This document shows positions 19,561-28,482 of a stretch of 64,000 nucleotides of DNA, in pieces. A program made the position numbers and the translations under genes. This DNA comes from a virus. Its lineage: Duplodnaviria > Caudoviricetes. The notes beneath the pieces are model-generated. The model saw only the letters and a program-made list of their open reading frames with translations, searched no databases and was not told where the DNA came from. Location of the stretch: IMG/VR virus record IMGVR_UViG_3300033121_001789, positions 45,853-109,852 of that record; one strand, given 5' to 3'. How positions within the stretch are numbered: the first letter of the stretch is position 1; each line of letters starts with the position of its first letter.

Positions 19561-20358
19561 TTAAAAATATATTTCTGAAAAATCTAATTCGATAAAATGA
19601 TCACCATCATCTATTATATCATCATATTCAATATTAAATTTTGACGATATCCAATTTTTATACATTTTCTTAAAATTATCATAATCTTTATTTGTTAAGT
19701 GATCAATCATAATATAAAAAAATCTATCGAAAAGTATTCTTACCACACCATTATTATTTATAATTAACTCACCTTCTTCTTTTAGCTCCTTAAAAATATC
19801 TTTTGTATAAAATCCATGTTCTATAACAAATTGTTTTAATAAATTTTCAAATATTAAGTCATAATAATCTGAAATACTTCCCCAACATTGTTTTATATAA
19901 ATTCTTCCATATGTCGTTTCATGATATCCATATGAATATTTAACGAATGCTTCCTCTGGACTCGTATCATGAAACGATCCGGAAACTTCATATGTATTAT
20001 CCAAATTATAAAGTAAAATATCAACCACAGCCCCTATTGAAGAATAGGTATCAATATTTTGAAATATTATATCCCTATTTTCTTTAATCTGACCCATAGA
20101 AAGATTATGAATTTTTAAATTTTTATCTATATCATACCAAATTTCCTCCGAATCTACCCTAGTGCCTCTCTTAGAAATTTGTGACCAATTAGAAAACCAA
20201 ACGTCATCACATAAACTATTTATAAATGAATGAAACTTCGAAAAAAAATCTTTATTTTCCTCATACAAATCATCACCAATATTTTCAATAGTAGATTCTT
20301 TCAAATCATCATATCTATATGATTCCTTAATGAAATCTAAAAAACTCTTTTTAATCAT
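19561..20358 (-). CDS. hypothetical protein with CTS-like N-terminus
   Basis: MIKKSFLDFIKES; late-promoter-like motif upstream. Confidence 0.7.
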   Translation of the reverse strand: MIKKSFLDFIKESYRYDDLKESTIENIGDDLYEENKDFFSKFHSFINSLCDDVWFSNWSQISKRGTRVDSEEIWYDIDKNLKIHNLSMGQIKENRDIIFQNIDTYSSIGAVVDILLYNLDNTYEVSGSFHDTSPEEAFVKYSYGYHETTYGRIYIKQCWGSISDYYDLIFENLLKQFVIEHGFYTKDIFKELKEEGELIINNNGVVRILFDRFFYIMIDHLTNKDYDNFKKMYKNWISSKFNIEYDDIIDDGDHFIELDFSEIYF

Positions 20359-20402
20359 TCATTTATGTCTTTTAATATATATATTAAAATACTCTTATAA
20401 GA

Positions 20403-21512
20403 ATGCATATTCAAAAATACTTTGAATTTAAAAAATCTGATCTTAGTCCTATTTCATCATTTCGTATAAAGGATGAACTTAATCCTAAAATTTGGTCAGA
20501 TTTCATCCTTGATGTGGATATAAGAAAGGACTTACTAAAAATAGGAGAAGATTTCTATCACTCAACAGAATTAAAAGCTGAAGTAGTTGACATAATACTA
20601 TGTGGATCTCTTTGTAACTATAACTGGTCGGAAAAATATTCCGACTATGATTTACATATTATAATTAATTTTAAACAAATAAATGAAGATTTAGAATTGG
20701 TTGAAAAATTATGTGATCTATCCAAAAAAATATGGAACCAACAACATAATATAAAAATAAAAGGATATGACGTTGAGGTGGCAATACAAGATAGATCTGA
20801 TTTAAGAAATTCAATAAATGGTGGTAGAATGGGTGGAGTATATTCACTACTAAAAGATAAATGGATAAAAAAACCAGAGAAAGTAGAATTTATACCGGAT
20901 GAAAAATTAATATCAGAGAAAGCAAAAACAATAATGCTAGAGATTGATGATATAATTGAATCGAAAAATATAGATTATGAAGAATTGAGATCACGTATAA
21001 AAATTGTATGGGATAAAATAAAAAAGCTAAGAGAAAGATCTCTCGAAGAAGAAGGTGAATATGGTATTGGAAATTTAGTGTTCAAACTACTTAGAAGAAA
21101 TAATTATCTTGGTAAGATAATGGATCTAAAAAAGAATGCATATGATAAACAATTTGAATCTAAATCCTTTAGTTTTTTCAGATTTGACGAAGAATATACT
21201 GAGGAATCTATACTAAATTTTCTCTATAAAATAGAGAAATTAAATAATGAACTACCAAGTGATGAGAGTTGGTCACAGTATATAAATTATACCATAGATG
21301 AGGATAATTTTAAAATAAAGGTAGAGATGGGTGCTTCAGGATATTCTGAAGGATGGTCAGAGGATTGGAATATTGATTATTCTGATCCTGAATATATAGT
21401 AGTTGATAGATTTGCATCACAATCGGGACCGTACGGAAGTTCAGAAGATAAAAAAGAATTTAAATTTCATTCATTTAATGAGTTATATAATGAGATAAAA
21501 GAAAATTTTTAA
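20403..21512 (+). CDS. Pol-beta superfamily nucleotidyltransferase
   Basis: LCGSLCNYNWSEKYSDYDLHI (GS...DxD) plus third acidic residue YDVEV. Confidence 0.8.
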   Translation: MHIQKYFEFKKSDLSPISSFRIKDELNPKIWSDFILDVDIRKDLLKIGEDFYHSTELKAEVVDIILCGSLCNYNWSEKYSDYDLHIIINFKQINEDLELVEKLCDLSKKIWNQQHNIKIKGYDVEVAIQDRSDLRNSINGGRMGGVYSLLKDKWIKKPEKVEFIPDEKLISEKAKTIMLEIDDIIESKNIDYEELRSRIKIVWDKIKKLRERSLEEEGEYGIGNLVFKLLRRNNYLGKIMDLKKNAYDKQFESKSFSFFRFDEEYTEESILNFLYKIEKLNNELPSDESWSQYINYTIDEDNFKIKVEMGASGYSEGWSEDWNIDYSDPEYIVVDRFASQSGPYGSSEDKKEFKFHSFNELYNEIKENF

Positions 21513-21513
21513 A

Positions 21514-22206
21514 ATGATAACAATACAAGAAATAGAACAAACATTCAAAGATATATTTGAAGAAGAAGAGGGTCTGGTACAATCAGTCGAAACTGTATAT
21601 GAATTATCAGATAATGAAGAGTTTTATAGACTAGTTATATCAATACATGGATTATCCATTGAAGACACGTCGATAATACACACTAAATTTATATTTAAAA
21701 CGGACTTAGATAAAAGAAATATAATTGATGAATCGTTCATATATTTATTTGATATAAATTGTATATATCATCGTCTTGAGTTTAAAAATGTGATAGATTT
21801 AAAAGAAAAAATCGAAAACATATTAGAGTCTGGCAATTTCGGAGAGGATATAAAAATACTATCAGACTTCATAGAAGCACCAGCCATGTTTCTTAATTAC
21901 TATATGAGAAGGTACCATATAACAGATTACTCTGTATTTGATGTAAAGTATGAACCAAAATTCAAAACAACACCATGTGATAAAACAACATTTGATTTTG
22001 AAATTGACATAAATAATAATTATAAAATATCACTATCAATTCACAAAATAGACCGTGAGAGTGATGATGAAGATCATACGGATACATATAAATTTCAATT
22101 TAAATTCATGGATGAAATATCCACATCAGAATCGGACACACTTGAAAATATACACTATTTTATAGGACAAAATATTGCAGGAATATTAGATAAAAAATTA
22201 AAATAA
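21514..22206 (+). CDS. hypothetical protein
   Basis: 230-aa acidic ORF in operon. Confidence 0.75.
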   Translation: MITIQEIEQTFKDIFEEEEGLVQSVETVYELSDNEEFYRLVISIHGLSIEDTSIIHTKFIFKTDLDKRNIIDESFIYLFDINCIYHRLEFKNVIDLKEKIENILESGNFGEDIKILSDFIEAPAMFLNYYMRRYHITDYSVFDVKYEPKFKTTPCDKTTFDFEIDINNNYKISLSIHKIDRESDDEDHTDTYKFQFKFMDEISTSESDTLENIHYFIGQNIAGILDKKLK

Positions 22207-22988
22207 TGAGATATATTAAAGATATTAGAGAGGCTTTTAATCACAAATGGTCAAAAAATGATGATTTGATACTTCCAATATGGAATATATCGGAAAATGA
22301 TTTATTTGATGCATTCTCAGATTTAGAAGACGACTTTGAAGTTGAAATAACATGTGATTTTCTTCTAAAAAGTCCCAAAGGTCATTTATTTAATCTGAAA
22401 GAAGAAAACAAAGAAATAATTGAAAGTTATGCTGCCGCTGGATTTGAACCAATAATTCAAGTAAAAATATCCAGTCAGTATCCATTAGCAACAACCGGTG
22501 ATATGCGTGCAATACAATCAACAATGATGGATTGTATAATGAATTTAGATGGATATTATTTATCACATGTATCTAAGTTTAGAACTTATTTTGAAATTCA
22601 GTTAATGCAAGAGAAAGACGGCAATGAAAAGATAAAATACCACAAAAAATCGAATGTATATTTTTCAAAATATGCCAAACCAATCAAGGATCTTGGTTAT
22701 AAATTTATAATTAATAAAATATTTGAAATAGGTGATAAAAAGTATATAAAATTACCAGAAAAATTTGCTGGACAAAAGGTGTATATAATTTTAATAGAAA
22801 AGGAATATGTAAATCCCATTGATATTAACCTCATAGATAATATCTACGAGGTTAAAAATGTTTTTCAATCCATAGAAAGTGAAATTTCCAATTCTAAGGA
22901 TTTCAAATCCACCAATGGTCAGCTTGAAATAAATAATGAAGATGGGAAAGTATTCATAAGATTTATTCTAAGAATAGTCGAAGAATAA
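22206..22988 (+). CDS. hypothetical protein
   Basis: 260-aa ORF starting MRYIKDIREAF. Confidence 0.7.
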   Translation: MRYIKDIREAFNHKWSKNDDLILPIWNISENDLFDAFSDLEDDFEVEITCDFLLKSPKGHLFNLKEENKEIIESYAAAGFEPIIQVKISSQYPLATTGDMRAIQSTMMDCIMNLDGYYLSHVSKFRTYFEIQLMQEKDGNEKIKYHKKSNVYFSKYAKPIKDLGYKFIINKIFEIGDKKYIKLPEKFAGQKVYIILIEKEYVNPIDINLIDNIYEVKNVFQSIESEISNSKDFKSTNGQLEINNEDGKVFIRFILRIVEE

Positions 22989-22991
22989 AAA

Positions 22992-23672
22992 TTAACACAA
23001 TAATTCTATTTTACCTCTTGAAAATTCCTTGAAAGAGCATTGCTTATTAGTGGAATGATCAATAACTAAATCTTCTTTAATACGATAAGATCTTTTTTTA
23101 TCCGATCGAGAACCCATACCAATTTGGTGTAATCGATTTCTATATTCTTTTTCGTCCCATTTTTCTTGTTCAATAGACTTTAACTTTTCCTCTAACCTTT
23201 TCCAAGCCAATTCTTCATTTTTCAATTGATCTCGAGTATCCTGGCATTTTATTTGAATTCCAGATGGTCTATGTGTCAAGATAACACAACTTGATACCTT
23301 ATTAACATTTTGTCCACCCTTGCCACTACTTCTAGTATATTGTCTATCTACATCATTTCGATTTAAATGAAAGTGTAATTGATTATCCGGATCAATTAAA
23401 GCAACTGTAATAATAGAAGTTTGTGTCCTTCCTCTTTTTTCTGTCGATGGTACTCTTATCCATCTATGTGGACCAATTTCATTTTTAAATAGATTTGAAA
23501 CATTTTTCCCACTCAGTCAAATTGAGGCAAATCCATTCCTATCTTCAATAATATCATATTTTAATCCATGATTTCTTGCAGTTTTAACATAAATATTTCT
23601 AAGATCCTCAACTAACATCTTAGAATCTAATCCGCCCTCAGCGGCTCTAATTTCTATAATGATTTTTTCCAT
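22992..23672 (-). CDS. class I peptide chain release factor, RF1-type (PxT), lacking domain 1, with in-frame TGA at codon 52
   Basis: Single frame from ATG 23672: MEKIIIEIRAAEGGLDS...FASI*LSGK...EIGPHRWIRVPSTEKRGRTQTS...SGKGGQNVNK...CQDTRDQLKN...RSDKKRSY; TGA at 23517-23519. Confidence 0.9.
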
Positions 23673-23708
23673 AATTATTAATTTTTATTTTTGAGCAATA
23701 AATTGTTA

Positions 23709-23759
23709 TTGTGATTGAATAATCACAAACCGCTAATAATTATGTATTCTAAATTTCAT
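23709..23759 (-). promoter_or_regulatory. putative leader peptide (MKFRIHNY-TAG, 23733-23759) followed by an 8-bp hairpin (23709-23728)
   Basis: ATG AAA TTT AGA ATA CAT AAT TAT TAG, then TTGTGATT-ATTC-AATCACAA, upstream of the release factor ATG. Confidence 0.45.
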
Positions 23760-23777
23760 TTCATTATATATTATAAT

Positions 23778-24182
23778 TCAAAATAAAAGTTCTTTTAAAA
23801 TGAAGTTTCTCTTAACCTCACCAGGTAATATGTCTAATATTCCTCTCTTACTGACTATTAACTTATTATCTCTACTATAAGAACTATAAATAGTTTTCAA
23901 TCTATCTCTTTTTGTACTATTACAATCTTCCATCCATATTGTTGATAGTGAATGATTGACCAATAACGCCCAAAATATGTAGTTATTCTCATAATTCATA
24001 ACCCAGAAAGAATTGGACTTTGGATGTTCCTTAATGACTTCTTTTTTATTTCTATTAGAATCATATTTTATCTCTGTAATATCCAATACCATGGTTGGGT
24101 AATGATCAATCGGATGATTACCTGGTTTATGAAAAGATGTTTTCTTAAACCCCAAAGTTTTTAATTTCTTATGAATATTCAT
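23778..24182 (-). CDS. hypothetical protein with C-terminal RxxIL motif
   Basis: ends KRNFILKELLF; TATATTTG upstream. Confidence 0.65.
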   Translation of the reverse strand: MNIHKKLKTLGFKKTSFHKPGNHPIDHYPTMVLDITEIKYDSNRNKKEVIKEHPKSNSFWVMNYENNYIFWALLVNHSLSTIWMEDCNSTKRDRLKTIYSSYSRDNKLIVSKRGILDILPGEVKRNFILKELLF

Positions 24183-24231
24183 ATTGCAAATATAATTAAA
24201 AAAAGTGATTTTCTAATTAAATATATATTGT

Positions 24232-24477
24232 ATGTATAAAGATACAACTCCAACATTCAATTCCGGAAATCGAAAGATTGTCAATTATAAAGACTTTATT
24301 CAAAATATTGATAAAGAAAAAGAAGAATTGAAAACTGTTAAAAAGTCATTCTCTAAAAATGAATTAGAGATTGGTTTAAAACAGCATAAATATAAATATA
24401 ATAAAGTCACTCACAAATTAGATGACTTGACACCAGACGAAGTAGATGATAAATTAGATAACTTAGAAGAGAATTAA
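24232..24477 (+). CDS. hypothetical protein
   Basis: 81-aa ORF after AAATATATA. Confidence 0.6.
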   Translation: MYKDTTPTFNSGNRKIVNYKDFIQNIDKEKEELKTVKKSFSKNELEIGLKQHKYKYNKVTHKLDDLTPDEVDDKLDNLEEN

Positions 24478-24842
24478 AAATCATAACTCTCATCTAATAA
24501 ATTATTAATTCTCAATTGTCTATTTACCTTACCAGTTATATCACCAAGTGATTCTATCTTTGATAGATATGCCTCATCTTTTGTATCTATCCACTTCTTT
24601 AAAATCTTATTATTTTTAAAATACCAAGAATTAAATTCATCAAAAACAATATCTAAAGCTGAAAGAAAAGTATAATCAGCAGTTAAAGGATGTGTGTAAA
24701 TTAAGACAAAAACATCCTCAGTGAGTGAAAGTTCCTCTGAAGAAAAATCCTCATATATAATGGTGATATCTCGACCCCAGCTCAAATTCAGTGTAAATCC
24801 CAATTTGATTATCCTGTCCAGTTTTGAAACGTCCATCTTCAT
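24474..24842 (-). CDS. hypothetical protein with C-terminal RxxRI motif
   Basis: ends NRQLRINNLLDESYDF. Confidence 0.65.
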   Translation of the reverse strand: MKMDVSKLDRIIKLGFTLNLSWGRDITIIYEDFSSEELSLTEDVFVLIYTHPLTADYTFLSALDIVFDEFNSWYFKNNKILKKWIDTKDEAYLSKIESLGDITGKVNRQLRINNLLDESYDF

Positions 24843-25524
24843 TTACTATATAGTCAATTTTACGATCTCTTTGCTCTGAAATATATTCATTATACCCATA
24901 CATATAGTCATCCTCAAAGATAAATATAACCTCCGGATAGAAAACCTCAAACTTTAAATCACAAGTAATTGATGTATATCCGGTAACTGATCCAGGTCTA
25001 AAAGTATCATTAAAATGTTGTATATTTGATATATCAACATTAATAGACTTAAATGATACTATGTGATTTGACTTCCAAGTCTCAAATGGATTAACATAGA
25101 CATCAATATAATCAAATTTTCCTATCGGATAAATCGTTTTACCATTCAAATTACTTAGCGAATTATGTGTGAAATGTAAAGAATCTTGTAAATCTGCTGC
25201 TATTCTAGCTCCAGAAACAATTTTCGAGTTTTTGTCTAATGTAGGTATTAAATATAAATTATCAAATTTAGAAGGATTGTGTGATTTTCCTCTAAAATCT
25301 AAAAATCTCTTCTTACCATGATTGAAAATAGATGCAAATATCTTTTTCTCAATACACTGTGAAATTTCATCAATCAAAATTTGATTGAAATATGATTCAA
25401 CATCAATATTAAAAAATTGAGAAGCTACAGGATTAGAAACTGAAACTTGTACTCTTTCGGGCATAACCCCTGATACAATTGATTTATTAAAACAAGAAAA
25501 CTTAAAGTTATCACTTGATATCAT
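24751..25524 (-). CDS. truncated, divergent paralog of the major capsid protein
   Basis: NQILIDEISQCIEKKIF, IVSGARIAADL and IYPIGKFDYIDVYVNPF align by eye to gp23 of this window. Confidence 0.65.
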   Translation of the reverse strand: MISSDNFKFSCFNKSIVSGVMPERVQVSVSNPVASQFFNIDVESYFNQILIDEISQCIEKKIFASIFNHGKKRFLDFRGKSHNPSKFDNLYLIPTLDKNSKIVSGARIAADLQDSLHFTHNSLSNLNGKTIYPIGKFDYIDVYVNPFETWKSNHIVSFKSINVDISNIQHFNDTFRPGSVTGYTSITCDLKFEVFYPEVIFIFEDDYMYGYNEYISEQRDRKIDYIVNEDGRFKTGQDNQIGIYTEFELGSRYHHYI

Positions 25525-25906
25525 TTATTTCATTTATTTTATTAGTTGTTGAATATCCTCCTATTTTGCTAAAAAATATAATATTCGGCACATTTTCAGA
25601 TCCAATGACTTTTTTGTCCTTATAATCATCCCCTAGTATTATATAATGCGGATTCCATAATTTAATTTGATCCTCTAATTCTTTATCTGTGCCAAAACTA
25701 ACAACAGAATCAACATATTTAATACTTTCCATCATTACTATTCTATCAGATAATTTATTAATAGGTCTAGATGTACCTTTAAGTTCTTTAACTCTATTGT
25801 CTTTATCAATACCAACACGAACAGTCCCATATGAGTTTGCGAATTTTAATAACTCGATGTGTCCTCGATGTAAAATATCAAAAGTACCATTTACCCAAAC
25901 TCTCAT
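25511..25906 (-). CDS. cytidylyl/adenylyltransferase (RfaE domain II / TagD-like)
   Basis: NGTFDILHRGH, KGTSRPIN, GDDY, YSTT. Confidence 0.9.
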   Translation of the reverse strand: MRVWVNGTFDILHRGHIELLKFANSYGTVRVGIDKDNRVKELKGTSRPINKLSDRIVMMESIKYVDSVVSFGTDKELEDQIKLWNPHYIILGDDYKDKKVIGSENVPNIIFFSKIGGYSTTNKINEINDIK

Positions 25907-26280
25907 ATTTGTGAATCTCCTTTAAAAATTCTATAAGAATCACTATCAAAATGTTGTGTTGATACTTCAAAAACAACACCATCTGTAATAGCCTCCAATT
26001 GATGTGGCTGACCTGGATATTGTCGAACAGAATCACCCACATTTAATAGAACCTCACAAATAGTAGCTTTATCTGTATCTATATAACGATAAATAAATTG
26101 ACCCTCATTTACATACCAAGTCTCATCCTTTATCATATGATAATGCATTGAAAATTTACAACCTTTTTTAAAAACAAGTAATTTCCCACAATAGAGGTTG
26201 TTATTTGCTATAATAATTTCATGTCCCCATCCCTTAGGAACCTTACACTCATCACATTTTATAATCTTTGGTAATTCCAT
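25903..26280 (-). CDS. cupin (sugar isomerase-like)
   Basis: VPKGWGHE, SMHYHMIKDETW, PHQL, FEVSTQH. Confidence 0.85.
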   Translation of the reverse strand: MELPKIIKCDECKVPKGWGHEIIIANNNLYCGKLLVFKKGCKFSMHYHMIKDETWYVNEGQFIYRYIDTDKATICEVLLNVGDSVRQYPGQPHQLEAITDGVVFEVSTQHFDSDSYRIFKGDSQI

Positions 26281-26283
26281 AAT

Positions 26284-27231
26284 TTATATTTTATTAAAAT
26301 TTTCATCATAATTCATTATCAGTAATTCAGTTCCTTTTAATTGTTCTCCTTTTAGTTGGTGATTATTTCCACCCATCGCCGATCTGCGCACAACATCTCT
26401 TTGAATCCATCTATATTTCTCTCTTGGTAGTAATTCATCCAAAAGAGGAAAGTAATAATATGATAATGACCATTTTGATTTGGTTGTTTTAATTAATTCT
26501 ATTAATCTTCTATGTGATGCCGGTCCAAAAACACCATCAGCATCAGCACCATACCAAAATAATCTTTTAGAATCATCATCTTTTTCACCATTAAATCTAG
26601 CATATGGCGGGTCCAAATAAATATATGTACTTTCAGAATCATATTTTTTTATTAATTCCTCGAAGTCTGTACTATACCAATGTGTGATAGAATTTAATTT
26701 ATCAGTATAAGTATTTTTCTTTAATTTATTAATTAATACACTTAATTTAAGTTTATCTTGTTTTTTAATATACCCGGAGAATCCGCCACCCCTAGGATAA
26801 ACTGAGGAAAAACTCGAAGTTATTAAAAAAGCATATATAGCTGCCCTTTCAAAGTCTCCTAATTCGAAATCCTTATTATCAAGAAAATCATTTTTTGTAT
26901 ATTCCCTATAAACAGATTTATAAAAATCCCATTTCAAATTTACATCTGTTTCATTAGTATATAAAATTCCCCCAGTAGACAATAATTTATTAATTGAATC
27001 TAATAATTTATCTGGTGTAGCGGCGCACTTATATAAGTTTGCTTGATGTTTATTAATATCATTAAAAATTACATTTTCAAAAACCATATCAGGATCATCC
27101 ATAAATGTTGCAAAACTACCTGAAAATGGCTCAATATATGTTTTGATATTATTCTTTGGGATGTTTGGATTTATAAGATGTTTGACAAAGTCATTAGAAG
27201 ATTTAGATCCGAAGTAAGATATTAAAGACAT
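26284..27231 (-). CDS. Dam-like (D12 class) DNA adenine methyltransferase
   Basis: SYFGSKS, YIEPFSGS, FNDIN, YLDPPY, ELLIMNY. Confidence 0.9.
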   Translation of the reverse strand: MSLISYFGSKSSNDFVKHLINPNIPKNNIKTYIEPFSGSFATFMDDPDMVFENVIFNDINKHQANLYKCAATPDKLLDSINKLLSTGGILYTNETDVNLKWDFYKSVYREYTKNDFLDNKDFELGDFERAAIYAFLITSSFSSVYPRGGGFSGYIKKQDKLKLSVLINKLKKNTYTDKLNSITHWYSTDFEELIKKYDSESTYIYLDPPYARFNGEKDDDSKRLFWYGADADGVFGPASHRRLIELIKTTKSKWSLSYYYFPLLDELLPREKYRWIQRDVVRRSAMGGNNHQLKGEQLKGTELLIMNYDENFNKI

Positions 27232-27314
27232 AATTAAAGTTTAGAAATTATAGATTAAAAAATAAATATGTTTAGGTAATCAATGGGAAGACAAATTGAT
27301 TTAATATATAAAAT

Positions 27315-27974
27315 ATGATAATTTATAAAATAACAAATTTAATTAATAACAAAGTATATATAGGACAAACAACCGAAAGTCTTCAAAAAAGATGGAAAAG
27401 ACATACATCCGAATACCATGAAAAAAATATGTATATATCAAGAACAATATCTAAATATGGCGAAAAAAATTTTATTATAGAAAAGATATGTGAATGTTAT
27501 TCTTTACAAGAATTAAATGAAAAAGAAATTTTTTATATAAATGAATATGATTCTCTATCACCGAATGGGTACAATCTTGTTGTAGGTGGTAATAATAGTA
27601 AAATGAGCGATGAAACAAAATTAAAAATATCCAATAGCCACAAAAAAAGATATCTAGATGGTAAAGTTATCTCTGAAGAAACTAGGAAAAAATTGTCAGA
27701 ATCACATAAAGGATGGATTCCATCAGAAGAAACTCGTCAAAAATGGAGAGATGCCTTCTCTGGAAAAAAACCATCCGAGAAAACAAGAATCGGTGCCATA
27801 TCACATCATCAAAAAACATATACCTTTGAAAGTCCAGATGGTGAAATAATTACTTTTACAAATATGAAAGATTTTTGTAAAAAAAATAATTTATGCAATT
27901 CTAAATTATGTTTGGTCGCATCTGGTAAAAGAAACCACCATAAAGGATGGAAATTACACAAATCACATTTGTAA
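27315..27974 (+). mobile_element. GIY-YIG homing endonuclease with NUMOD3 repeats
   Basis: MIIYKITNLINNKVYIGQT, SEETRKKLSESHKG. Confidence 0.9.
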
Positions 27975-28436
27975 TTTTTTAATATCATTACGAATCCTCA
28001 TTAGAAGATTACCTAAGTTGTTTTCTCCTTTATTATTACACTTATTACAAGTGCAAACTCCCCACCAGGTATCGTGCCAATAATTTCCCTCAATTAACAT
28101 CTCATCTCCTGTCTGCAATAATAGTTCTTGTAGGTTTTTAATCTTGAATTTTTCTCTTAATCCAAATTCCATAACCTTTAGACGAATTGAGTCCCAATCT
28201 GGTCTTAATTTAAAACCTCTACCCATTCTTTTAACCTGACCCGGAGTTAGAACTTTCGATACTAATTGTCGAGTATCTTCAAGTGTATAAAATTGACCAT
28301 CAATTATTTGTCCTTCTTTTATTTTCATAGCAACATAATAATGTTCCACAGATGGATAAACAATACCCTGATAAGTTATCTCACAAGGATAAAAATTTGA
28401 TAAAAAAAACCATCGACCTTTAAATGAATCTATCAT
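27963..28436 (-). CDS. NADAR family protein (YbiA-like)
   Basis: FLSNFY, SVEHYY, DWD, KF...LLLQTG...LIEGN...WG...GENNLG.LLM.IR. Confidence 0.9.
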   Translation of the reverse strand: MIDSFKGRWFFLSNFYPCEITYQGIVYPSVEHYYVAMKIKEGQIIDGQFYTLEDTRQLVSKVLTPGQVKRMGRGFKLRPDWDSIRLKVMEFGLREKFKIKNLQELLLQTGDEMLIEGNYWHDTWWGVCTCNKCNNKGENNLGNLLMRIRNDIKKLQM

Positions 28437-28482
28437 AATAATTTTATATCTTTAATTAATAATAATGTTTAATATATAATTA

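Noticed and set aside
23510-23525. prfB-type +1 frameshift at ATT TGA C
   Set aside because: Homology continues in frame 0, and the +1 frame stops immediately (GAC TGA).
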